Below are positions 38,111 through 50,497 of a stretch of DNA of 64,000 nt, piece after piece. A program made the position numbers and the translations under genes. The stretch's first letter is position 1; each line of letters opens with the position of its first letter. The notes under the pieces were generated by a model, which saw only the letters and a program-made list of their open reading frames with translations, searched no databases and was not told where the DNA came from. The DNA is from Lama guanicoe (taxonomy: Eukaryota), in the NCBI GenBank assembly GCA_013239625.1, contig MU053933.1, positions 2,319,026-2,383,025 on the forward strand. The letters are read 5' to 3'.

Positions 38111-40574
38111 GAGGTGACTCAGGCCCAGCTGCAGCTGCAGGGAGAACATCCACGAAGAAGTCCTTTGGTGCCCCGTGGCTGTCCTCACACAGGTTTTAGG
38201 TTTGAAAAAGTAAGAAGATTGGCGATTGTGCTCGTTTTAATCGTGTCAGTGTGATTCTGGATTCAGCTCGACCAAGAGAGGAGCTTTGGGAGACTGAGGA
38301 CGGAGCAGAGCAGCAGACACCCTGCACCGCCCCCGCTTCTGAGTGGGCTCCCTCCCAGCCGCCAGCCCGCCGACCAGCAGCACCCCGAGGCTGCAGGTCC
38401 AGACTTCCCCGCCCACCCCCTTGGCAGTCCCCCAGGCCACTGCTTCAGGAGGCGGGGTGGCTGCTGTCATCTTCCTCCAGCCCCATCAGGCCCCTGGCTG
38501 CTCTGGCTTCTCAGCTGTGTGATGTGTACCCAGATGATTAAATTACTGAGTCCTTTTTTTTTCATAATATTCATGGTGGTTCTCCTGCTGATTGACCCAC
38601 TGTGATCGGTGACTTATTCATGCTTCTTAGAACTCCATTGACTTTAAAGAAAGCAAGCACTTTTAGTACTTTGTGTCTCTGCCACGCAAGGGTATATGCA
38701 CCTTTTTTAAAAAAAGGCTGTCTTCACAACACTTATCCTACATACTCTTCTGCAGGATTTTCCACGGGAATGTCCTGTCTGGTTTTCTAGCATGGCATAT
38801 AACTTAACCATTTTTTGTCTCCTGTGTTCCTGGGTGCAGCCTCAGGGCATGGTCGTGGCAAGAAGGATCTGTTGAGTTGAATAAAATTAAACAGTGCAAA
38901 CAAACCTCACAATTATGCGTATTTTAGGGTGGAGGTGTCACAAAAACTCAGTCCAACTAGGTCTTTTTAAATACCATGGTGATTTATTGAAAACAACATG
39001 GTACTTTTAGACAGTTTCAAAGAGTGATGGATTTGTACAAATCCTCATGAGGTTTCCTCCTCTGGTCCAAGTAGCTGCCCTCTCCTCTGTGATCAAACCA
39101 TACCCTGACCCCCCAAAGCCAGTCAGGTGTCAGAGGGTGTGGCTCCCATGCCTACTAAAGGAAAACGCCACTGTTCACTTACAGGAAGTGTGGGTGAGGA
39201 CAAGCATTATCATCATGACACTCAGGTAACAGCCTGTCGGTTGCTGGTTATTTTCTGAACTGTATCTATGTCTGTGTCACTGATATCTTTCTAGACATCA
39301 CTTTCTTGTGTGTTCTTCAATTATTTTCAGCAATGTGGTGCACAGCTTGTACCAGGATTACTTTCAAGTGGCAAAAACCCAAAATATGAGTTGTCAACAT
39401 GTTGGAAGTCTCCTCGGTATGGTTGGTGGGGCCTCCAGGGAACCAGGAGTCTTCCTCCTCCTGGTCGTCACTTGTTCCCTATCTGCGATTCAAGTGTGTT
39501 TCTGTTTGCTAAAGCTGGCAACTCTCAGCTCTGGTCAGTCAGTTCTCATGTCCCAAGGGTTCTGAGTAGCAGGTGTGTGATACCAAAAGGCTTCACACAC
39601 AGGAGAGGCCAGCAAGTTCAGAATAAAACTAGTATCTTCTAAATCTTTGGGAACCAAAGTCCTGAAGTATAAAAATGATCTCCTGTTTCACCATAGAGCG
39701 ATATTAGTACGTGCTTCCCCAGCTGCACTGCTAGGCTGGCACCGCCCCGTGTGCCTGGGACTGAGGGTTCCTGGGATGTGGGACTTCCAGTGCTGAAACT
39801 GGGACCCAGGGCACCAAGAACAGGATAAAGAGGGCCTGTCTCCTCCTGAATCGTGAATTTGACCCAAGATCCTGGGAGTTAGGTTCATGTAACATTTTAA
39901 AAACCTGAATACCAACAGGTCTGTTACTCCAAATGCACAATTTGCATACACTTCTAAGAAAAAAGTCTACCTTAAGGACATTCCCTGCTCCTCTTCTATC
40001 GGGTGTTGTAGGTGGACGTTCAGGCAGCTTTGAATGTTCCCAAGTAAACGCAGAGCTGCTCTCCAAACTCAAGGCACCTGACAGGGCCCTCTCCTCGCAA
40101 GGGCAGGGGCTGCTCTGCTGGGTACACTCACCCCTCCCTCCGTCCCTGCACTGTCACCTGCCTGCTGCTGCTGGAAATGGATCAAGTGCTCCATGTCCCC
40201 ACTGCCCTTGACCTTCCAGCTTGCGCTCACCTTGCCTGATGCACTAACTAAAACAGCTGTCATTTTAACCCAGGTTTTGTCACAGTGCAGGATGTGGAAA
40301 GTTCTCAAATTAGTGTCAACTCACCTCCATTTCAGAACAGGTGAGGGAGTAGGTTGTCAACTGCACAAAGGAAAATGGTCTTAAGATTCAAACACCAGAA
40401 ATGTTAAGTCCAGAGTAACATCGACTCTCCACACAGGACGCACATAAGAGGAAAGGGGAGAGCCTGTGAGGGTGGGAGGGTGGCCTGGGCAGAAAACACC
40501 GCCCACCGGGAAGGTCTGCAGGTGTGCAGGGGCCTCACCGGATGGTCACCACAAACACTGACTGCGACATGATG

Positions 40575-41869
40575 CCCAACCTCCAGATGCAGCATTTAAT
40601 CCAAGCCCAGAGACAGAATACCAAACTATATTTACTGTTTACAGTAGTAAAGGACAACAAAGAATGTACAAGCTGGTGCATAAACACAACAGAGCCAGCA
40701 GACATCCCACGGGTGCCCCGACAGCAGAATACAAAGGAGACACAAACATCTTCAGCAAGGTCTCAGGCAAGCAAGAGACGACGGTGGCATCGAGCTCTCC
40801 AGGGGGCAGGACAGGCAGAGAAGGGCCCTCGGGCAGCAGTGTGTCCACACAGAAGGACAACAGGACAACTACCAAAGTTTCATCGGGACAGACCCCAAAA
40901 CGCTTCACAGAACTGAAATCACACACTTATGTGGAAGCTCCACACCAACCTGGAGAGCAGGGCAGAGTCCGTGAGGACACAGGTCATCTCTCACCAGCTT
41001 CGCCTGTAACCACACTTTGAAATTGCTCCTTTACACAAAAATGTAACTGCATATCAGCAATGCTTAATCTGACTTTTTTATAAACAGACCGTCGTCATTC
41101 ATCAGAAGCAAATGCTAGAAGGAATCTGAGGCCCTGATGCTACTTCCAGGTGAGACATGTACGAACTTCTTTCTTCTACAGTAAGAAAAGGGGAAAAGCC
41201 AATTTTCGCTGGACCAGGTTTTTCCAGTGCAGCGTCACTGGGCCAGGCCGTGGGTGGTGACAAGTCCTGGACCCCAGACCCCACCTGGGGAACATGTTAC
41301 TGAAGAACTTCTTACCTTTTATTTTAGGAAACATTCCAGGATTTTCCCTTCAACTTCACTATACTCTGACAAAGCTTAAATCTGCAATGTTTAGCATTGA
41401 CAAAACCTGTGCCCACAAGAAATGGAAGTGGGAGTTCATCTCCCATCCCAATTGTGCCCTGCAGACTCGCCCCACAGAAGCATCCCCACTGTGGTGACAG
41501 GAGTTCTCTACATGATTGGAATAAGCTGGTGGGGGCAACTGGGGTGCGAGCCCCATCTAGATGAAAAGCGGACATTCAGCCACAAGTTTGAGGGAAATGC
41601 TACAGGAAAGAAGAAAAAACAAACGGAAGTAAAATCAAAACCAAAAACCCTCCCAATGCCTTTCACCCCAGCAGAGGGATGAACTGGGACAGGCGAGTGA
41701 GGCCAGGACGTGTCCTCGCCGTTCTGAGCTGCGTCCCTCCGGATGTCAGAGAGGAAAGTCATTTTGGTGAATGTCCTCAAGTGTCCACAGCCTCCTTGGC
41801 GATTGGCATGGTCACGCGTTCACTATCCAATGGCAAAGATGAGCTCAGTGACACAAGGGGACGGTCCCT
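40575..41869 (-). other. SUMO3: SUMO3 3' UTR (~1.3 kb, end approximate)
   Basis: Runs from the stop codon to the ATTAAA at 40595-40600; U-rich blocks on the minus strand. Confidence 0.7.
40595..40600 (-). terminator. Poly(A) signal ATTAAA of SUMO3
   Basis: tttaat on + strand; followed on the minus strand by GU-rich cagtgtttgtggtg. Confidence 0.65.
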
Positions 41870-41962
41870 CTACAGGCCGAACTTGGAGAGGCAGCCGGTC
41901 CCCCTGGAGCCCCCCGTCTGCTGCTGGAACACGTCGATGGTGTCTTCGTCCTCCATCTCCAA
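41870..41962 (-). CDS. SUMO3: SUMO3 coding exon 4 ([30 protein letters not shown])
   Basis: Acceptor gccctccAG; di-Gly motif; TAG at 41870-41872; total CDS 21+129+72+93=315 nt = 104 aa + stop. Confidence 0.96.
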
Positions 41963-43379
41963 CTGGAGGGCACAGGGGGAGGCCATTAGTTACATCACAG
42001 GAGCGGAAACGCTCAGCCGAACACGCGAGGTCACTGGACGGCCTCCCTCCCGCCGGGGACACAGCTGGGCGGCACCCAAGCTCTGACCGGCCCTCGGGTG
42101 GACACGCCGGGGAGAGGCTCAGCAGTGGATTTCCAGTGAGCCCTACTTATGCACCAGGCTCCCCCAGCCAAACTCACAAAAACGGTCAAAGTTAAGGACT
42201 TGACGTGATAGAAAAACTAAGTCTCATTAAAAATAAACTAAAATTTTACCAAAACTTACGCAAAATTAGACCCTGCTGGGAGTGTGCGATGAGCAGCACT
42301 CAGTCCTGGGGACCGGCAGGGGCCACGCACTTTCTAACAGCGTGGCGGGTCGGGCCTGAGATGGCCGAGCCCACCCCATCCCCAAAGAAGGGGCCCCTCC
42401 TGCCTCCACTCAGAAGACCAGGCAGGGGTGGAGCAGGTTTCCCGCCCACCTCTTTCCGACACGGTGGACCTCTGCCCAGTGTCTGAACAAAAGGAAGCTT
42501 CTGCAGTCACACAGACTCACTAGGGCTGGGAGCAGTAACGTGTCCCGGAAACTTACTCAGAAGCAAAGAGAAGGACCGTCTGCGGGCTGGGGGCCTGCTG
42601 CAGACACCACGCTCACGGTCACAGGCCACAGCTGAGTGAGGGGCTGGAGGCGGAGCCCGGCCCCGAGGCCCTGAGCGCTGAGCTCGTGCCTTCCCCCATC
42701 CCCCCACCCCCCGAGAGCAAGGCCATCGGGGACGCCCACCGCTGACCGCCCTAACAGGAGCAGAAAAAAAGCCTCCGCGTGGCTGCGCTTTCGCACCACA
42801 CAGTCCGATCCTCCCAGCTCTGTAGGGGGGAAGACGGGCATCGTCCCTGCTTCACCGGTGCCAGATGCCCGCGGCCAAGGGGCAGGAGCGGTCCGACCCT
42901 CAGTCTCCACCCGCGGCCTCGCCAGGCACTCTCACCGGGCGGAGCTGTGCGAGCCGGCAGGTGCTCCAGGGCTAGCCGCCGGCCCACGACGAACCGTGCC
43001 CTCCCCACCCCTCTCCTGCACAGAGGCTGGGGGGCGCGACACTGAGCCAGGAATTCAGCCACAAGCTGCCTGATGCCACAAACCCAGCGCCCAGACCACA
43101 GCGGGAGGGCGGCTGCGCCTGCCCGGCCTCCTGGAGAGGCTCGGGGACGAGCACGCGGTCCTCGTCCCTGACGCCCGGCCACCTCGCCAAGTACATTTCT
43201 TCGGAAAACCCAGCCTTGAAATTAAATAGTTAAATATATATATATGGTAATTAAAACCACTAAGAAAACGTGAGGCGTTCCAAATCGGCGCTGATCAGCG
43301 ACTCTCAAACACGAGCATCCCGGGGGCAGCTGCTCAGACGCGAGTCGGAAGCAGCCCGCCAGCGCGTGTGCAGTTGTAC

Positions 43380-43451
43380 CTGTGCCGGGGTGTCCGTTTC
43401 GTTAATTGGTTGTCCATCAAACCTGAATCGAATCTGTCTCATCGACAAGCC
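43380..43451 (-). CDS. SUMO3: SUMO3 coding exon 3 ([24 protein letters not shown])
   Basis: Acceptor ttttttcttctcAG, donor CAG|GTACAA; 72 nt. Confidence 0.97.
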
Positions 43452-44774
43452 CTGAGAAGAAAAAGCAGTCGTCGTGAGATACCCCCGGCTAGCACCTCAA
43501 TTCAGAACCCAGACGTCTGCATCGGCGCCAGGCGTCTGGGCGCACGGGCGCACCGCCCAGCTGGTCCCAGAGCCGCACCCGGGACCCCACGCCGGGCCGC
43601 CCCAGCATAGCGTGTTGGGAGCTGCTGCCCTGCTTCTCAGCTCCTGCTGCCCTCACCCCCCTTTCCCCTCCGCGAGCCGAGCCAAGTTTCTACTCCGCGG
43701 CACCATCACTTCCTCCCCCAGAAAAAGTTCTCAGAAGCACGTCCGGTGACCACGGGGCACGCGATGAGAAGCCTGCGTGACCGGGGAGCCGCCTCTCTGC
43801 GTCCTGAGGGCATAGACCATGTGCTCGTGGTCAGGGCGCAGGGCCAGTTCGCCCGCACAGATGGGATTGAAGCTCACATCTCTGCTCCCCCATGAAACCT
43901 TCCAGTACGATATGAAGAAATTAAAACTGCATCAGCAACAAGGACAAAGAGAACAGGATGGGGACAGGCCAGTGGCCAAAGGACATCACCTCTGGGCTGC
44001 AAGCTGTGGGCACTAGACCCCAAGGTATGGAGGGGGGAGACAAGAGCCCCGAGAAGCCAAGGGGCCGGGCACACAGGCAGGTGAGGCAGAGGGGCAGCTG
44101 ACTGGGGATGACCACTCGAAAGTCTGTATCAGACCCCCTAATCTGGGCCTCCAACCCCAAGAGGTCAGGCACTTCCTCCCACCAGCAGAAAGTGCACTCT
44201 CTGGAGAGGTGGACTCAGAGCCCTGGGCTCAGGACAACAGGCAAGGGAGGCAGTGACGCCGTGGAAGAAGCAGATGAGTGGCCGCCAGTCCCAGCCCTGA
44301 GCCCCACCCCTCCTCCCCTTCATGCTCCCAGGGCACAGGCGGGGGTGGGGGGTGGACGAGGGAAGACGACGGGGAGAAGGGGGGCGGTGCCTTCCGGAAC
44401 ATGTAACCACTCACAGATGGCAACACCTGGGGGCCCCCACAAACCACCAGTGCAGGCAGGTCACCCCACAGCAGCATGCTGGACCTGTCGACACAGCCAG
44501 GCGTGCAGCACAGGGGAAGGGAGGGGTCAGAGGACTCAAGAACACACACACACACAGACACGCGCTCTCATTCATACACAGATGCACATGCATGCAAGCA
44601 CGCACGCATGTGTGTTCTAACACAGACATATACTCACAACCACACACAGATACACAGATGAGCACACACCTCTGAAGCTCTCAGGGAGACAGAAAACAAC
44701 AGAAAGGTCTGCTGGGGGAAAAGGAGCCTCAGAAAACAAACAGAAAACTTCTGAAAATTAGAAATCATGACATA

Positions 44775-44813
44775 GGGGGAGGGTGTAGCTCAGTGGTAGA
44801 GACCATGCTTAAA
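44775..44813 (+). mobile_element. 3'-truncated (tailless) Vic-1/tRNA-Ala 5' half with 8-bp TSD
   Basis: GGGGGAGGGTGTAGCTCAGTGGTAGAGACCATGCTTA flanked by ATGACATA at 44767-44774 and 44814-44821. Confidence 0.8.
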
Positions 44814-45414
44814 ATGACATAAATAAAGCTGCGATCTTCTCTGAGGAGCAACATCTGAAAGGGGGGAAGAAAAGGAAGGACTGGGGCTCTTTTAGGGTCC
44901 TTTTTTTTTTAATAACAACAAAAACCCCAAGGCAAGGACCATCGAAGCCACAAACAGAGACTAAGGTCAAGTATTTGCAGAGCATCCTGGAGGGGAAGAG
45001 GCTGGCCAGGCTGCAGGGCACGGGCCCGCACAGCCACTCCTCACCACGGTACAGGGGACCATCAGAGAGCACAAAGGGACCGAGGGGCCCGGGGCACAGT
45101 GACGCTCAGGACACAACGACCCTCAAAGAGGTCAGTCTGCCTGGTCACCAGGAGAGGGCATGGTCCTCTGCTCCTCACCCTGAAAAGTGGTAAGTAATGG
45201 GCAAGAATCAAGCACTGTCTGGACACCAAACTGTGCCCAGGGTAGCATCTCCACGACACGAAGGAGGGATGGAGCCCACACGCAACCGCTGCTCTGACTC
45301 CAACAGCACCAAGAAGACTGCACCCCCGACCAGGGGCACCGGGGGCCCTGCCCGCTCAACACAGAGCGACCACCAGCCTGGAGGGAGGTGGCGGGAGAGA
45401 GCGCCCCAAGCGGT

Positions 45415-45502
45415 GCACACACGCACTTGCGCACGCACACCAGCATGCGCACACATGTGCACACACCCACATGCACATGCAGGCACACGCATGCATGCGC
45501 AC
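45415..45502. repeat. Alternating purine-pyrimidine (CA/TG/CG) tract at the start of SUMO3 intron 2
   Basis: gcacacacgcac...catgcacatgca...catgcatgcgca; a similar tract lies at 44540-44670. Confidence 0.8.
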
Positions 45503-45631
45503 CTGGCGCTCGCAGTAGGCCTTCATGAGCTTGCTCAGCGGGGTGTGCCTCTTGATCTTGAACTGGACGACGGAGCCGTCCTGCCCGGCCACCTTCAGGT
45601 TGATGTGGTCATTCTCCGTCTTCACCCCCTC
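45503..45631 (-). CDS. SUMO3: SUMO3 coding exon 2 ([43 protein letters not shown])
   Basis: Acceptor tctctgcAG, donor CAG|GTGCGC; 129 nt; includes the VKTE (K11) SUMO-chain consensus. Confidence 0.97.
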
Positions 45632-45800
45632 CTGCAGAGAGACACGCATCTGGGCCTCCAGCCAGTCTCCCCACAACCGGCGCCTTGAAGGCCAGTGTTG
45701 GGCGGCTGCAGATCTTTTATTGTCATAAAACCAACCTAATTCTCAGACTTCTCCAGCAGCGCAGCCACATGTGTGACTGTTTTCTTTCTACCCAAAACTT

Positions 45801-45950
45801 ATTTTTATTTATTTAAAATTTTTTTTCTTTTTTGGGGGGGAATTAGGTTTATTTACTTGTTTATTTACTTATTATTGGAGGTCCTGGGGCTTGAACCCAG
45901 GACCTCGTGCATGCTAAGCACGTGCTCTCCCCGAGCTCCAGCCACCCCCT
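45801..45950 (-). mobile_element. Vic-1-type SINE in SUMO3 intron 1
   Basis: tRNA-like head with B box GGTTCAAGCCC, AATAAACCTAATT body, A-rich tail; flanking direct repeat CA(A/G)AACTTAT. Confidence 0.85.
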
Positions 45951-46889
45951 CAGAACTTATCTAACTTCTACTGTCTATGTCAGGAAACGTCCTGCAAAGC
46001 TAGTTTTCAGACTGTCTGTTCAAGGGGCAGGGGGACCTGCTGAATAGACACAGAAAACAGTGGCGAGAAAAATCCAACTTGTTCTAAGATGACTCTTGTG
46101 AGACTAGTAACTGCATGGATTCGCGGGTTACTTACACTCACAGAGGCTGGTGAACAAGACAAAACAAGGTAACCGCGGTGCGCAGTCAGGGGTCCTGCGC
46201 CGGCCAGTCCCACCCGAACCAGGTCATCCGCCCTATTCCGTCAAGATATGACGGCTCCGAGCTGTGACCACCACACGTGGGGGGCTCTGGCCCCTGGAAA
46301 CTACGGGGAGCTGAGGGAAGAAGCCTGTGTTCGGAGCTGAGGCTGAGAGCCCGGGGCCAGCCTGGCCAGCTGACACCCTTTGGGAGAAGAGGAGTCTTTT
46401 ATTTTTGAACAAAATGACGAAGCAGACCCGAGTCAATCTGCAAGTGAAGTTTTTTTGGGGGGCGGGTTTACTGAAACATAGTTTTTTGTTTTCTTTTTAC
46501 AATTTATTAATGGAGATCCTGGGATTTACAAAGTTCTACTCCTTTCTGGGGCACAGCGTTATGATTCAGTTACACCTAAACAATGATACAAATGAATATA
46601 TTTGCAAGGAAAGTTCTGAAGGCATTCAAAGCAGGTTTGTTAGTTGCCTCGGCCGACACTCCCTCCCGAGACTCCCGTCCGGTCAGTGCAGACCCGCAGG
46701 GGCTCTCTCTGCCTTCCATGCGGGCCCCTTCCTTTCCTGGCCCCGGGGACTGCAGAATGGGGACCAGGGATCCGCACCTGCCTGCTTCCCCGCACGTGCT
46801 CCGGCCCCTAGAGACCCTCCGATGGGGCTGGGGCCCCTGTGTGAGCCCCTTTCGTCCCCCAGAGACTAAGTCTGCATTTGCTTTCTTAT

Positions 46890-48895
46890 TTTTTCAAATA
46901 AAGGTTTGTTTGGGCATTATTTGACATTTCCAGAAAAGCTGCAGTCCAGAGGCAGAAGCTCCTAAACCGCCAGCCGGTCTCCCCGTGCCAGCACCTTGCA
47001 GGCTGCAGCTCACCTCAAGTCCAAGAATCCACCGCGGACACATCACTAGCAACCAAATGCCAAGCGTTCGGGTGTTTCACCAGGTTTTCCACTAATACCC
47101 TTTTTCAGTTCCGGGATCCGACCCATGGTGCCACCTTGCATTTACAGATAAGATTCCTTTTCCATTTCTTCACGGTGTTAAAATACACATAAAATTTACC
47201 ATTTCAACCATATTTAAGTTTATGGTCCAGTGGTATAAAATACATTCATAATGTGCAACCATTACCACCATCCATCTCGAGAATTCTTTTCATCTTGTAA
47301 AACTGAAACACTGCCCCATTATACACTAACCCCTCCTTCTCCAGGCCCTGGCAACCCCCGTTCTCCTGTCAGTATGAATCTGGCTCCTCCTGGGACCTCA
47401 CATAAGTGGATCACACAGTATTTGTCCTTTTGTGACTGGCTTACGTCACTGAGCGTGACGTCCTCCAGGGTCATTCCCGCTGTAGCTGGGGCCAGGCCCT
47501 CCTTCCTCTTCAAGCCTCACTACTGCTCCGATGTGTGTACACACCGTGTTTTGCTCATCCACTCATCCATGGACTGACCAGCGCTTGGGCTGCTCCACCA
47601 CTTTAGCAGTCGTGAGTAATGCTGCTGTGATCGTGGGTGTACAAGTACCTCTCTGAGACCCTGCGTTCAATTATTTTGGGTCGATTCCCAGAAGGAGAGT
47701 TGCTGGATCATGTGGTAATTATATTTTTAAGTTTTGGAGGAACTGCCAGACTGTTTTCCACACAGCTGCTACATATGGAGAACCAACAGGTAACAGGGTA
47801 GGTCATGTCTGCGCGAGGATGCCTCACTTCTCAGGGACAGACAGGAGCCGATCTGACTCCTGAAACTCCTGCAGCCATCCTGCCATCACCGCCTGACGAC
47901 AAAGCCATGCACAGAAGACAGCGAGGCATCAACAGACAGGCTTCCTGAGCCAGCAATTCCTCCAGCATTTCCACTTCACATCCTCCCTGACACCTGCTGT
48001 TCCTGTTTTGTTTTTGCTTTGTTTTTCTCAGAGCAGCAATCCTAGTGGATGTGAGGCAGTCTCTTGCTGTCATTTCAATTTGCAGTTCCCTGGTTAGTGG
48101 TGTTGAGCATCCTTCCATGTGCTTATTGGCCATTTGTGGATCTTCTTTGCAGAAATGTCTACTCAAGCTCTTTGCTCATTTTTTGATCAGGTTGCTTGTT
48201 TTCTTGTTGCCGAGCTGTAGGAGTTCTCCATATATTCTGGGTATTGAACCCTATCAGATATACGATGAGAAAGGAAAATCAAAATGGGGTCGGTGCTGCT
48301 CAGAGAGTATCTCAAACGGAGCCATGAGGCCACTGAGGACGGGGATGGAATCTGACTCTGTGACTCCATCCTGTCCTGACGATGGCGTCCATGACACCTG
48401 CCACACACTCAGGACACCTATGGGACAGCCACTCCTGAAGGACAAACACTTCCTTCTGTGTCAGAGCACAGCCTTTTGGCTTTTCTTTCATAAGCCCCTG
48501 ACTCTTTCTTTTCCCCAGAAAGCTCTTTTGGTTTTACCCAAATCTGTGTCTCCCAAACTGCAATTCTTAGGACCCCAAATAAATTCTTCTTTTATTTGCT
48601 GCCGTCTGGTTTTTTTTTTCCGGTTGATAGCAATTTGCATATATCCTCTCCCCTTCTATGAGCTGCCTTTTTACTCTATTCATAGTGTCTTCCAATGTAC
48701 AAAATTTTTTAATTTTTATGAAGTCTGGTTTCTCTATTTTTATTTCTTGTTACCTGTGCCTTTGGTGTCATATCCATGAAATCACTGCCAAGTCCAATGT
48801 CGTGGAGTTTTTGTCCTATGGTTTCTCCTGAAAGTTTCATTGTTTTGGATCTTACATTTAGGTCCTTGATCCATCTTGAGTTAATCTTTGCATAT
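46890..48895 (-). mobile_element. LINE-1 3' segments in SUMO3 intron 1 (sense to the gene), interrupted by an LTR
   Basis: cataaaatttaccatttcaacca, cagtatttgtccttttgtgactggctta, gctggatcatgtggtaatt, catgtgcttattggccatttgt, acatttaggtccttgatccatcttgagtt. Confidence 0.85.
48266..48629 (+). mobile_element. Solo ERV LTR-like insertion (~360 bp) inside L1
   Basis: Splits the L1 motif atcagatatacga|tttgca; begins TGAGAAAGGAAAATCAAAATGG, has AATAAA near the 3' end, ends GGTTGATA. Confidence 0.6.
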
Positions 48896-50497
48896 GGCAT
48901 TAATTAGGGTCCATGTGGAGAGAGGATGCATTTGCTTTTCTAGTGAAAAGATACAGGGGTGTCTAGAACAAAGCAATGCAGGGACCAGAACACAAAGCAA
49001 ACAAACAGGGCAGCGGCTGCAGACCAGGCAGAGAAAAGCACCGAGAACAAACGGCAGGCCCCGGGTGAGTTCTTAGTAAACAAGTGAACGCGTGAGTGAA
49101 AAAGAAAAGAAAGAGAAGAGAAACCCTAAAAACCACCACCACAGTTCTCAACAGTCAGTCCCCTTCGAGGCGGAACTGGTTCCCCAACTGACCCACAAGG
49201 CTTCCTTTCCACAGCGATGGCCCGGGAGTGGGCCTCCCACCCCCTCCGCCGCAGGCCTGGAGGAGAGCGTGGCTGCAGGAGCCTGAGCCCCAACCCCGGA
49301 GGCGCCGAGGGCGCGGCGGGCAAGGGTGGGGCGTGCGGCGCAGCCATCCAGTCGTTTTGGAAGTAGTTAAAACAAGTTTATTCAGCCCAACCGGGCCATG
49401 GACCTCGACCACGTGAAAGAGGTAAGTTTAAACACCCTGGAGGAATGAGTAGTCTGTGTATTCCACTGCATTTAACCTGCAGTAAGAGGAGGCCACCTAG
49501 AAGACAGAAAGAAGGCATTTACACTTGGCCTCGGACAAAGGACCCAGAGGAGAGCAGCTTAAAACGAAAGCAGCTCCGACTGCTTCTGCAGACCCGAGGC
49601 TCCCGGAGGGCGACCTTCTCACACCACGGCAGGGGAGGGCAGGCTTCCTCCGAGCCCCCACCATGGCCCCCCGACCCGGGGCTCCCGGCAGGCCCACCCC
49701 AGCCCCAGCTCTGCCTCCCGTGTGTGCTGTGCTCCAGTCTCAGCTGCGGGGTGGGACAACCTCCAGCAGCAGCTGGTATCGGAGGAAGCCTGCACGCAAA
49801 GCATTCAACTCGGAGCAGATCTTACACTTGAAAAACACAGACCCCAAGAGTGCAGACGAAAAGCTCCAGAAACTTGCTTTTAATGACAGCAGAGAGCACA
49901 CCCGCGGGCCTTCCCAAGGACTGCAGGCCAGCGCACCAGAGCCCGGAGCCACAGCGGAGCGCGCATGGGGAGGGCGTGGCGCACCCGGGAGGAGGGGTCC
50001 AGAAAGGCCAGGCCTCTCGGAGCCCCCGTCCCCAGCCTGTGCCCTCTCGGCGCCCCGCAGTGAGGACGGAGGAGGGGGCCACGCACACGCGAGGGGCAGC
50101 AGAGCCCAGGCCGCCGGGACCGTGGGTCCCCGCACTAGGGGCGTAGTGACGGAGGGTCCCGGGGAGGGAAGAGGTCCAGGGGAGGGGCGGTCCCAGAGAG
50201 GGCTGGGGATGGGGGTGACGTCGGGGGAGGGGACCCCGGCGGGTCCTGACTGGGAGAGGGTCTCTGCGAGAGAGAGAGTGCCGGCGAGAATGGTCCGGGC
50301 TAGGGGCGCCCGGGCTCCGGGACGTCGGCCCACCGGAGGCGGGGGCGGAGCCCGAGGGCCGCCCCGCATGGGGCGGGGCCCAAGCGGAGGGGCGGAGCTC
50401 GTGGGGCGGAGCGGCCGTGGGGGCGGGGCCAGAGGTTGGTGCTAAAAGTTGGGCGGGGTCTGGGGCGGAGTCTGGGTGGAGGGCGGGGCGCGCGGCC

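Noticed and set aside
44775..44813. tRNA-Ala gene (also considered for the copies at 423, 45801 and 54991)
   Set aside because: SINE-type GGGGAGGG head, missing or diverged arms, SINE tails or TSDs; no complete cloverleaf
49415..49428. + strand donor GAG|GTAAGT inside SUMO3 intron 1 as a sign of an antisense gene
   Set aside because: Isolated motif with no partner acceptor or coding signal identified
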